A stretch of 64,000 nucleotides of DNA, from positions 1,426,001 to 1,490,000 of the forward strand of contig OZ361257.1 in the NCBI GenBank assembly GCA_977018835.1. Reading direction: 5' to 3'. Of the stretch, positions 25,870 through 35,943 are shown in pieces; position 1 is the stretch's first letter, and every line of letters begins with the position of its first letter. The notes below the pieces were generated by a model. The model was given only the letters and a program-made list of their open reading frames with translations, searched no databases and had not been told where the DNA came from. The position numbers and the translations under genes are program-made. The DNA is from Minutocellus sp. GHC0000111 (Eukaryota).

Positions 25870-28488
25870 GCCAGGGTTACTGGTAAGTGCTTTTGGCCGG
25901 CCGGCGCGGACTATGAAAAAATGAACAGATTTTTTCAGTACAAAAAACTCCAGCCTACGGGGCGCTTCCCCTGAAACAGAACAAAGGTGCCAGAATTGCA
26001 GGTAACAGAACTAATCATAGCTTTGTTGATGCCCCCACATACTTCTTGATTAGGGCTTTCTCGCGGTGTTTCGCACGCGTGATGATTCCAGAAATTGAGG
26101 GAAAAATCAGCATTTTCGCGCCTACGGGAAACCTCCGTAGAACAGTACTGATTCCTATTTCAGCTTGGCGCGTGTACTTTAACCTCAGACTGTGCCATTT
26201 CCTTCCCATTTCTCCAACCCGACACATGATGTGCTCAAATGACCACCAAGATGATACGCAACCACCACGCCTACCTCAGAATGTCTTCTCTGTGTGCGCA
26301 TCTTAGCTCATGAGCCTTAGATCTGAGCGTCGAACTCATGAAACTTGTAAAAATCGACTATCGGCGCACCGTTGTCAGTCGACCTCGACCTCCACGACAG
26401 CTACAATCGTAGAGAAGAGTAACGGTGACATCGATTTGATGAGAGATTTCCCACCTTTGACGACTTGAATGATCGATTCGATGGTAGTGCCAAGCGGCGG
26501 TCAGGCAGTGCTTTTGAGTTCGCAAGTGCAACAGTCGCGAAACGCCGACTCCGTCTCAAAAATCAAGAATTTGACTTCGTCTCAAAAACGGCCCTCGAGG
26601 TCGAATTGGCTGGTGGCGGACACCAAGCCGACGTGATATGATTCGCGCTCATGGATATTTTGCTCCCATGTTCCTACTAGAGCGATCGATGTGCTCCTTC
26701 TGCGGGTTCGGCATCAGTAAGTGGATCATTTTGTTGGGGCTTTGTGGAATTATGGTAAATTTTTCGGTGTTGGAACATGCGGCAAAATCAGATGAGGTAC
26801 AATAGTTGTTGAAACTGAACCCTGGGGTACTGATTCTGATTCAATCCTGCCAAGGTATGTACTAAAGAATGGAATTGTATGTGTGGATTGTCCTGTTGGT
26901 ATTGGCAACCCATTGCATTCTCACATGATGACAAGTAAAACCAGAACTTCCAGATTCTCCACAACTTCTCCACCGCAACATCACATTCGCCACAGGTACA
27001 TGAAGATAGCCCATTTTGGCGGTTGAAAGGCCTCCGTACGGACGTCGTACATGTACGCCGAGGTTCAATAGCATTTTTCTGGCAATTGGGACAATAGTTC
27101 GGCCAAACTACGCCATGTTTTCATTTTTGGAGGGTAACTTTCATCATTCTCGTCGACCTCCACAAAGTTTGGAGCTTAGTAGCGTAACAATTCATCCCTA
27201 GCTTAGCATCTCCCATTTATAGTTTTATTCTAGTGTATATCTAGTGGCCTCCAACTGGTTGTAGCTGCAGTAGAATTGATTGCTAGGCCAGTTTTATACG
27301 TTACTATAAACTGACCGGGCACTGCACCGAAATGTTCAAGGCCGCACCCAAAGCACCAACATTGTTAGCAAATTACAAAAAATAGGAGCAGTGTTGTGGG
27401 GATCAGTCAAACGGAGTCGCTTGGTATGAATAATCGATTGATACCCCTACGAGAGGACCTTGGACTTGTTTTGTGGGTTACTACAAGGCCGCATCGTCTC
27501 AAAAATGGATGCTTTTTGACACAAATCTTCGAGGGCGCAAGCCTAGGATTCAATGTTTTCGATGAGTATCTCATCCTATGCTGCTTTGAAAGCCCAAGCC
27601 CTTCATCTCATATATGCGCCAGGTTGCCATCAGCCCGAGCTTCCGTGGGAACGCCCAAATGTGCTCCTAGCATGAAAAGTTGAAAGAAAAGAAGAAGTTG
27701 ATGAGAATCGAGAACTTTTGGTTTTACATGTGAACACGTGAGATCTAAACAACACATGCTCGATCAGCGAACAGTCAATGGTTAGAAATCAATTCATTAC
27801 TACATACCTCGGCTATTGAGACCCTGGTTCCGTCCATACCGGCCCTACATCTGTTGCTGGCACCCCAAAACCAATATTGGAACCACCGAGAAACTTCCTC
27901 CAAATGTGCGCTTTTGATGCATCCAGGTGGAAATGAGTCCATTTCAGGTCCCCTTGTCACCGGAGACCCAGACCGTTCCTCTCTGCTGTATCATGGCGTG
28001 CAGAATTAGCCATGGATCTTTCTTCGTCCACCTCCTTCATGGCATCCTCTGGGTACAAGTACGTGAAGGTAGCCGTCGGCTACTTTCGTGGAGGTCGCCG
28101 TCGTCGGCGTTGATCGCATATATTTTTTGTCACAGGCATCGGCCGCAACTTTTGAGGCCAGAAATCGGCGCCGGAGACACACTCCGTAGGCGTGCGGGGG
28201 TGCACCAGTATCCCCCACCTCGGACGATTGCCTGCGGCGGCGTGGGATTTTACTAATACGCCATGGTCGAAAAGTGATGCGTTGAGAAATGGCGTTTCCA
28301 GCAGGTCTCTGAAGCAGCACAAGTGGTCGGACAACGGACGAAGGAAGTACTGAGCACCCCCTTGTATCAACTATTTGGGTATTTTTGAGAAAGCATGATT
28401 TTTAAGGAGTGTCATTTTTCTTACACTATGCGATAAAAATTGGCTTGGCCGGCCGGCGTGTGAGGGGTCACTTCAGTACCAGCCTGGC
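25870..28488. mobile_element. Putative non-autonomous or decayed cut-and-paste DNA transposon (2619 bp) with TA target-site duplication
   Basis: TA at 25868-69 and 28489-90. Imperfect inverted termini: GCCAGGGTTACTGGTAAGTG versus (reverse complement) GCCAGGCTGGTACTGAAGTG. An identical 14-mer TTGGCCGGCCGGCG lies near both ends (25893-25906, 28445-28458). The interior has no long ORF and I recognise no transposase. Confidence 0.65.
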
Positions 28489-28696
28489 TAGGCCTAGGCC
28501 TAGGCCTACATGTGAGAATGATCGATGCAATGGCGACTGCTCAATCTAACTTCGCCGCGCGCGGCGAAGTGGAACCACCACAACCCAGCAACCGCAGCCA
28601 GCACACCACACATACACAACCCCACCCCGACACCCCGACCCCAACCCCAACCCGAACAATCACAACCGTAACCAACAGTCTCTGATCAGTCTCTCC

Positions 28697-29566
28697 ATGC
28701 TCGTACGAAGGCTGCGCCTCATCACTACTCTTTCTACTTCTATCGCTTCATTCTCAAACATTATTGGCGTTCAGAGTTTCGCCACTGGCGCCAAACCTAA
28801 ACCAGCAAGTCCAACGATGGCGACAGCTCAGCCGCCCAACAATTGGATCAGCCTGAACAGCGACAAGAGCAAGGCCCAGCTCATAAGAACGAGCGAAATC
28901 GATTGGGTCGCGACGTCTCAGGCGGGTGGTGTGTATCGCAAGATGATTGAGCGCGAGGGAACCGAAAAGGTGGCCAGAGCTACCACAATCGTGCGCTTCG
29001 ATCCTGGCCAGGAATTCCCTCGTCATACGCACGCTGGTGGGGAGGAATTCTTAGTACTGGACGGTGTGTGGCGCGACGACTATGGAGACTTTCCCAAGTA
29101 TTCCTATGTGCGCAACTACATTGGCTCGGGACATACACCAAGTATCGGGAAGGAGGGATGTGTTATTCTTGTGAAGCTTCGACAGATGAGCCTCTTCTCC
29201 AAGGATGAGGCCGAACACAAAGCTTGGGGACCCCATACATTGGAAGCGAAGGGTACTGATGCGGTTGAGACGGAGCGGCTCTTTTCATCGTCGTTGGAGA
29301 AAACGATGGTACAAACGTGGCCGGCCAATTCCAGCTTTGATGTGTCCATCCCGAAGAATGGGGCCGAGATATTTGTTGTGGACGGGCATTTTTCGTCGTC
29401 TTTGGGCGAACACGATCAGTGGAGCTGGGCTAGAATACCGAATGAGGAGAATGAAGATACTAGCTTTAGCGTCACGACGGGAAGCGAGCCTGTGTATGTT
29501 TGGATGAAAATTGGCCACCTGGCAAGCGATGAAATTGGCATGGAGATGCCATCCGAGTCTGGATAA
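28697..29566 (+). CDS. ChrR-like cupin (Cupin_7) protein with N-terminal targeting extension
   Basis: ARATTIVRFDPGQEFPRHTHAGGEEFLVLDG...YVRNYIGSGHTP...ILVKLRQM, plus a second degenerate cupin (GAEIFVVDG). Confidence 0.85.
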   Translation: MLVRRLRLITTLSTSIASFSNIIGVQSFATGAKPKPASPTMATAQPPNNWISLNSDKSKAQLIRTSEIDWVATSQAGGVYRKMIEREGTEKVARATTIVRFDPGQEFPRHTHAGGEEFLVLDGVWRDDYGDFPKYSYVRNYIGSGHTPSIGKEGCVILVKLRQMSLFSKDEAEHKAWGPHTLEAKGTDAVETERLFSSSLEKTMVQTWPANSSFDVSIPKNGAEIFVVDGHFSSSLGEHDQWSWARIPNEENEDTSFSVTTGSEPVYVWMKIGHLASDEIGMEMPSESG

Positions 29567-29750
29567 ATGCCAGCGAAAATGAGAAATAGTTTTAGATTTT
29601 GCATACGAGTAAAAAGATAAGAGTAGTTTTCTAACACATGTGCATGTTCTTAATGCGCCATACATTTTAGTAATATGCGTCAAGCTCGTGGCTGTGTTGT
29701 GTGTGTTGTGTGTGTATGTACTTCCTTCATTGCTAGGTTAGGTTGCTACT

Positions 29751-30752
29751 TTAATGCAGCAAATTCTCAAATTCAGTCCCCTTCAAGACCTTTGACACCG
29801 CATCAAAGTTCTTCAATGTCACGTTTTGCATTGGTATGCTCGTAGCCACGTGCTCCATGGCACCCTCGAGATGACGTCTTGTCAAATCCTTGGAATGGGA
29901 CGGGCCGACGCCCAAGAACTTGAATATCTTTCTCCATTCCGACGAATCGTCTCCATTGTAGTACAATCGTTCATAGGTCACTTGTACGTGCGGTATCTTC
30001 ATCTTCTTGAGCAATTCGTCGACTTTATTCTCCAAAGTATTATATTCTCGTAATGTATCAAGGAGTGTATCTATTGGCAACTCCAGACCAGTACTTGCCT
30101 TCCTTCCCTTCTCCACGCATTTGTCGTCGCCTTTCCGACAGTGCGCCGCAGCAACTTTGCCATCGTATATGCTGTGCTTGTATTTGGATATCACGACGTC
30201 AAGCAAGTTCCTCCTTGATCTCACCACCTTTATTTCTGGTCTCTTGAGGCTTGCCATCCTCCGAAATGCAGCTTGAGCCGGTGGACTGAATATTGTATCG
30301 AACGGTTTCCACTTGAAGCCGACAACACTCGCCTCAGGATATGTGAGCTGCTTGCTGCATAAATACCTGAGGAGCCACCGATCATTGTCCGCCCCGCTAT
30401 TTTTCTTGAAGAAATTCTCTGACTTAGCCGGGCCACTGCCCGTATATTCATTACTCGGCGTTTCGTACCTCGTTAAATTGCCAATGACTTGCCATGTACT
30501 GCCCGATCCTGATCTGCCCAACGTCATCAACACATACGGTTGAGGTCCCTCTGGATCGAGACAGGTTTCCCGAAGTTTACTGACATCGGGGCACGGTGGA
30601 GCGTTCTTCTGTGATGATGGCGTTGTAGCGGTGACTGAAGTCGGTATTATTTCCGTTCGTGACGATGATGATGAACTGTGACTGTTGAGCAAAGAGACGA
30701 CGCAGACTCCAAGGGAAACGGCCAGAACCAGCACGTGTGTTGGGCGGCCCAT
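29751..30752 (-). CDS. Golgi-type (type II membrane) sulfotransferase
   Basis: N-terminal TM segment, 5'-PSB-like loop TLGRSGSGSTW, VVGFKWK, 3'-PB-like RRNLLDVVIS and VTYERL. Confidence 0.75.
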   Translation of the reverse strand: MGRPTHVLVLAVSLGVCVVSLLNSHSSSSSSRTEIIPTSVTATTPSSQKNAPPCPDVSKLRETCLDPEGPQPYVLMTLGRSGSGSTWQVIGNLTRYETPSNEYTGSGPAKSENFFKKNSGADNDRWLLRYLCSKQLTYPEASVVGFKWKPFDTIFSPPAQAAFRRMASLKRPEIKVVRSRRNLLDVVISKYKHSIYDGKVAAAHCRKGDDKCVEKGRKASTGLELPIDTLLDTLREYNTLENKVDELLKKMKIPHVQVTYERLYYNGDDSSEWRKIFKFLGVGPSHSKDLTRRHLEGAMEHVATSIPMQNVTLKNFDAVSKVLKGTEFENLLH

Positions 30753-30974
30753 CCTGCTTCAAGCAATGCGAGGAAATTGACCAAATGAATATTTATGGTA
30801 CAAAATGGTATTTACAGTTAGTTCAACGTGGTGGGCAGATACTCTTAAGGTAGCAACGATGCGATGGCCATGGCGATGATGGCAACGGCAGAAAAAATGA
30901 CGAGCTCAAACCGGTAGTTTCGATTTCATGCTTCTTTGACGTAATAGAAACTCAATGAGCGCAACCCCAAGCAG

Positions 30975-31026
30975 TCAATCAATCAACAACAACGAACAAG
31001 CAACCAACCAACCAACCAACCAACAA
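30975..31026. repeat. CAA/AACC/CAAT simple-sequence tract
   Basis: tcaatcaatcaacaacaacgaacaagcaaccaaccaaccaaccaaccaacaa. Confidence 0.7.
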
Positions 31027-31837
31027 GTCACTAGACTCTAGATCTACATGTACTACGGTACTGTACCAGTAGATCTAGATCGCACTGATGGCAAAGGCTT
31101 AATGTTGAGTCTGCATGTACTACAGGTAAAATTAATGCGCGCATGGATGGCATAGCAGCGAGAGTCCTGACTGAAAAACTTCCAGCTAGCTAGCTAGGCC
31201 TACATGCACATGTACCAGGTATAAAAAGCCTGAGCACGCGTTCAATGCGTGTTTAGTGCTGATGCGGTGATGTTCTAGTGGCTAACGCAAGCTCAGGGAG
31301 GGGGTACCCATCTGCGCGCACAGAGAGACAGTTTGCTAGATTTCCGGTTCCTCCCCTCCTCCTCTTTTTGTTCCGGCGGCACGCAGTCAGATTCGTGTGG
31401 ATAGTTGCGCTACAGCAGATGCCCCGGGTGCCCCGATGAGTTGAATGCGAGCAGAAGCATGTTGTTATTAAAGTCTAAGTAACGGGTGTGTTTTTAACAT
31501 GTGTAGATCTACATGACTTCTTCGTCGTGCTGCTACATGTAGTTTTCTTTGGGAAATGCTACGGCACTTCGTGCTGCTATGTTCGCGTGTCTTTACGCGG
31601 GGAGCACTTTGGTTGTGGAATGGAAGCGATGCGCTGGACGCTTTGATGTGCTGGTTGGACGTTTGACGTGCTGGTTGTTGGAAGACATGCTGCTGCGGCG
31701 GCGGCGCACCGATCCGATTGCACTCTTGAATAGTTACAATTAGTTTAAAAAATTTAAAGATTCACATAGAGGAGTGGTGTAGCAGCATGTCAAAAATGAA
31801 TGACATGCTGAAAATGTTGACACGCTGACGGTGATGA

Positions 31838-32735
31838 ATTGAAACATGTTCCACGCTTCAGAGTCAGAGACGAATCCTGCCTCCCGCATCATCGACCGAG
31901 TCAGATGTACCGCATCATTGTGAAGAACACGGAATCCAGCCCCAGGCAATCTAGCAGCAGCAAGGTTGTGCCCATACTCATCAAGCTGTTCACCACCCTT
32001 TCCAAAGTAATTGCCAACATGTTCACGAGCAGCCGGCCATTTCTGTCCCATGTATGAAGCAAAGGTATCGATGATGGCGTCATCGGAAAGTCGACCAAGG
32101 GAATCAGGCACATTCTCAAGTGCGAGACCGCTCATTGAGTCGGAATTGCACCATGCCCAGCGTTCAGGGTCGTCGATGGGCTTGTTCTTGATTTCCTGAT
32201 CAAGAATCTCGTAACGCGCCTGCTCAAGTTCGTCGGTGATGGCTTTGGTAATCTTCGATGGACACTTACCGTCCTCGTAGAATCCCGCTCGCGTAACAGG
32301 CTGAGCAATAAGCATGCCATCTCCCTTCTCGGATCGGGCTAGTCCTGAATCCTGGTAGAATTGTTCGTATTTGGTCCAGGCGGTGTTCAGAACAGCACCG
32401 AATTGAGACTGCGAGGCAATGAGATGTTGCCAGGGCGCTTCCGTACCAGCATCAAAAGATCCGGCACCGAGAGTATTGATGATGGTGGGAATTGCGAGAC
32501 GACCGGGCCAACAATTGCCGTCTTCATCATGACGATCAATGAGGCGGACAAACCCGTCGTGGTAGATGCCACCAATGAGTTGAGCATCGGCTCGATCAAC
32601 AAGTCGACGAAACCCCATCCCTTTGAGCCGGTACGGAAGTTCTAGCCGCCGCTTGCCGGTTTCGGAGTATTCCTCATCGATGTTGGTAGCAGCAACGATA
32701 TTGTTGACGGCGCTAACCTCCTTATCAACTTCAGT
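31838..32735 (-). mobile_element. Fragment of an RLE-type (CRE/Ambal-like) non-LTR retrotransposon ORF, from RT thumb to degenerate zinc knuckle
   Basis: The frame reads ...KRRLELPYRLKGMGFRRLVDRADAQLIGG (post-RT thumb-like motif) and later AWCNSD...LSDDAIIDTFASYMG...LDEYGHNL...GFRVLHNDAV...EAGFVSDSEAWNMF. It breaks just before the expected PD..D endonuclease. No RT core is present. Confidence 0.65.
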
Positions 32736-32810
32736 ATGTAGATCTAGGACATAAAAATATTAATTGAAATTTACCGGTGTACACTCAACGCCCCACCAAA
32801 TTATATATAT

Positions 32811-33848
32811 TCATGACGATTTCACTTTGTCGTTGTTGTTGATGATTTCCGCCTGCCTCTTCATGCTTGCTGGGAACAGCATTTTCATTATCCGTTGCAA
32901 TAGACGCCAAATAATCCAGCACAAAAGAGCACACAAAGGTATCCACGAATACACAATAAATTGCCAGGCTCTTCGGAATTGGATAAACAAGGACGAATCG
33001 TTAATGTTGGGGAACGGTATGTCGGGTACCGGCAAACCCAAAAACTCGCACAATGGCTCCCAACCATCCTTCACATTGAATTCCAGCAGGCGTTCCGGTG
33101 CTACCTTCCCTCGAACACTTGCCACGTGCTTCTCGTATATGTCTTCGAGCCACCCATCCGGTTTGGACCTGTACGCGTTCAACATCTCGCAGGGTTGCAG
33201 TCCAAAGCTTCGTACGCCATAGGAACACCTCAGTTCTCTCATCTCACGCCACTTCTGCGGTACCAACAGTCGAATTGGATTCGGATACGTCAACGCTGGG
33301 CTGCGCTCCCATATTAATGCCGTTGAGCTCATCAAGGTGTTCCACGATTTCTCCCATCTTTTGGGATCATCGCGAACTGTCATTATAACTTTGGCTTCTG
33401 GATACAGTGCGAGTGCAACATCGTCGTATTCGGCTGCAGGGTAATCAAGCGTTGCGTTGTACCCATACTGACTCAGGAACTCGAACATATCCTCCGGCGA
33501 TGCCCGTCCAGCTCCCACATCGGCCCATCTCGAGGCGTGGACACCCTTATCCTTCATAATTTCCAACTGATGATACGGATTGTATCCCAGTACTCGTAGG
33601 GCGGCATTGAGGGAGGAGGTTCCAGTCCGAGGTAGACCAGCACCAATGATGCGAAGTTCCTCGGGTGACTCCGCTGGATTGGGACCCAAATCGGACAGTA
33701 GCGTGTAGAGGATTCCAACTACGGTGTTGATAACAGCATGTGATGGCGTGGGCTGACTCAAAACAGTGAGCAAGTGCAGCAGTCGTAGATACACGCCCGT
33801 GGCGCGGCGGAGTGGCGATGGATACACATGTGCTCGATGCGAAGCCAT
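32811..33848 (-). CDS. P-loop sulfotransferase-family protein (Sulfotransfer_4-like) with C-terminal TM
   Basis: IIGAGLPRTGTSSLNAALRVLGYNPYH, YPEAKVIMTVRD and RLLEFNVKDGWEPLCEFLGLPVPDIPFPNIN. Confidence 0.85.
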   Translation of the reverse strand: MASHRAHVYPSPLRRATGVYLRLLHLLTVLSQPTPSHAVINTVVGILYTLLSDLGPNPAESPEELRIIGAGLPRTGTSSLNAALRVLGYNPYHQLEIMKDKGVHASRWADVGAGRASPEDMFEFLSQYGYNATLDYPAAEYDDVALALYPEAKVIMTVRDDPKRWEKSWNTLMSSTALIWERSPALTYPNPIRLLVPQKWREMRELRCSYGVRSFGLQPCEMLNAYRSKPDGWLEDIYEKHVASVRGKVAPERLLEFNVKDGWEPLCEFLGLPVPDIPFPNINDSSLFIQFRRAWQFIVYSWIPLCALLCWIIWRLLQRIMKMLFPASMKRQAEIINNNDKVKSS

Positions 33849-34012
33849 TGCGTTGGTACCGGTGCATGTACACGGAAGCAGCAAGCTTCCCTGTGGATGA
33901 TATCAGCGGGATGTGTGCTATGCTGCTGCTGCCGTTAAAGCCAGGAAGCAAGCTGGAAGCTGGCCTGGAAGTGCCATCACGCCAACTTCCGGGTTCTTTT
34001 AGACGCTCATGC

Positions 34013-35878
34013 ATGGCTGCGCTGCTGAAGTGCCACAAGCAAACGGCCAAGAACGCAACGGCCACCATGCTGGTCCCCACCGGCCCCGACGCCACCGCTA
34101 GCGCTACTAGCGCTGGTAGCTTTAGTGGTCTGGTCAGACGCAATCCCTCCCTAGTCACCAGGCGTCTGCAGGAGGAGAGAAGACGAGTTGGCCTGACGAT
34201 CGGCAGGAAGCGTCTCCTCCAGTCCTCAACCGCCGGCACAAATAATAACAGTGCCAATGACGGTACAGCATGCGATAATGACGACCGTCTCATCTTTCGT
34301 AGGGGCGACGATGACAACGCCACCGCCTCCAACAATTTTCTGGAGATTGCCTCCCCGTACAAGGCTGTAGCATTCCTCAGAGACGACTTGGTCTTGGCCT
34401 CCGATGATAATGGGAGAGTAGATGCCGTCAGGTTGCCAAACACTCGGGGAGGGAGGGGCACCCTTGTGGCCAGCCGAATGGGAGACCCAGACCCGACAGT
34501 ACAACACAGTGCGCCAGCACTCTTTTCGTTGAATGATGGAGACTCATTTGCTATGGGCCTGTCAGGTGGTGAGGTTAGAGTTTTCGCAACCAGCAGAGAT
34601 ACAACGTGGTCAAACTTAGGAAATTCGAATTCCAGTAATGCTTACATGCGACTAGCTCTTCGAGCAAGTGGCCCAAGAAGAAAGTACGAGAGAGCAGGTG
34701 ATCCTCCTAACAAGGCGAGATCGGTAGCAGCCCGAAGTTTGAGCGATATGTTGAAAGCCCCCTGTCCGAATGATCGGTACTTGCTGCAAGAGTTATGCGA
34801 TTGGAATGAGGGAAGGTTCCCTCCCTCGCGAATTCCAAACAAGACCAACAACCTCTCCTTGGCTGCGGGTTTGGCGGTGACTGCGAATTCATTTGCCTTT
34901 CACGAGGATAGTTCCAGCAGGTCATTGTTTGCGGCATATGTAGACCCAGAGTTTGATTGTTTCTCTCTTAGAGTTCTCGATGGGAGAATATCTTCGGAAA
35001 CTACCGATGTCAGAAGGACGATATGCTTGGACACAAAACCATTGAAGAACCGATATCCGAATAGAAACGTCAACGTCTTTGAAGATATTTCAGCCATCAC
35101 ATTCATCGGAGATCGCACTTTGGCCACGTCGCACGTTGCAAGGGTTGGAAAGAATCAGGCGAGCAACATTATCAAACTTTGGGATTTAAGAATGATTCGA
35201 GAAGAGGATCCAAAGCCTGCATCCTCAGCTCCCTTCATCCCATCGTTTCCTTTCGACGAGGCTCGTGGTATAGAATCGTGGAGAGAAACGGCCATTTTCG
35301 GTAGAGGCAATGCTGTTGTCTGCCCCATGAGCGAAGAAATCCCCACTACGGACTTTGTGATCTCGCGATTAGTAGGCTCTGTGGATGGAGGCCGTCTCTC
35401 GATTACAACGAACTCTTGGTCAAACATTGAGACCTTCGACGGACATCGAATAGTTGATTCATGCGCATGCAACACGCTGTTGGTGGATCCAAACCAGATG
35501 AACAATGCGGTGCACGACTCTAAGTTGTCCAGCTTTCAACAGTCTGAACTCAACGCCTTTACTCCAAATCTTGATTTTCTGGCATCGTACCAAGACGAAT
35601 CCGACGTCGACCCAGTCATAATGTTGTTCGATTTGAATGACCACATGACCAAGAAGGATTCGGATGGTATGACGAAGAAGAAACGGAAATATCATGACAC
35701 TATGCAGGCATCAAATGAATGTACGCCTGGTCTTGACTCTTGTTTAGCGGGCAAACTCGACGGCGCCGTTACTGACGTAGTCGGGATTCAATCCAAACTC
35801 TCTTGTTTATCGCTCGATAAGCATGGCACTGCCCTTGTCGGTGGTTCGATGGATGGGGATCTTTTTCTATGGGGATGA
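34013..35878 (+). CDS. Hypothetical beta-propeller/WD40-like protein (start uncertain; ORF is open from 33812)
   Basis: Long intact ORF with WD-like segments IIKLWDLRM and LSCLSLDKHGTALVGGSMDGDLFLW. Confidence 0.6.
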   Translation: MAALLKCHKQTAKNATATMLVPTGPDATASATSAGSFSGLVRRNPSLVTRRLQEERRRVGLTIGRKRLLQSSTAGTNNNSANDGTACDNDDRLIFRRGDDDNATASNNFLEIASPYKAVAFLRDDLVLASDDNGRVDAVRLPNTRGGRGTLVASRMGDPDPTVQHSAPALFSLNDGDSFAMGLSGGEVRVFATSRDTTWSNLGNSNSSNAYMRLALRASGPRRKYERAGDPPNKARSVAARSLSDMLKAPCPNDRYLLQELCDWNEGRFPPSRIPNKTNNLSLAAGLAVTANSFAFHEDSSSRSLFAAYVDPEFDCFSLRVLDGRISSETTDVRRTICLDTKPLKNRYPNRNVNVFEDISAITFIGDRTLATSHVARVGKNQASNIIKLWDLRMIREEDPKPASSAPFIPSFPFDEARGIESWRETAIFGRGNAVVCPMSEEIPTTDFVISRLVGSVDGGRLSITTNSWSNIETFDGHRIVDSCACNTLLVDPNQMNNAVHDSKLSSFQQSELNAFTPNLDFLASYQDESDVDPVIMLFDLNDHMTKKDSDGMTKKKRKYHDTMQASNECTPGLDSCLAGKLDGAVTDVVGIQSKLSCLSLDKHGTALVGGSMDGDLFLWG

Positions 35879-35943
35879 AAAAGATGATTGTGCAATTCTA
35901 ATAAATAAGCAGAATACTTGTTCAGGATTTTTGCATCTATTTC

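Noticed and set aside
26015..28370. Transposase ORF inside the 2.6-kb element
   Set aside because: Only short ORFs, and I recognised no DDE, HTH or recombinase motif.
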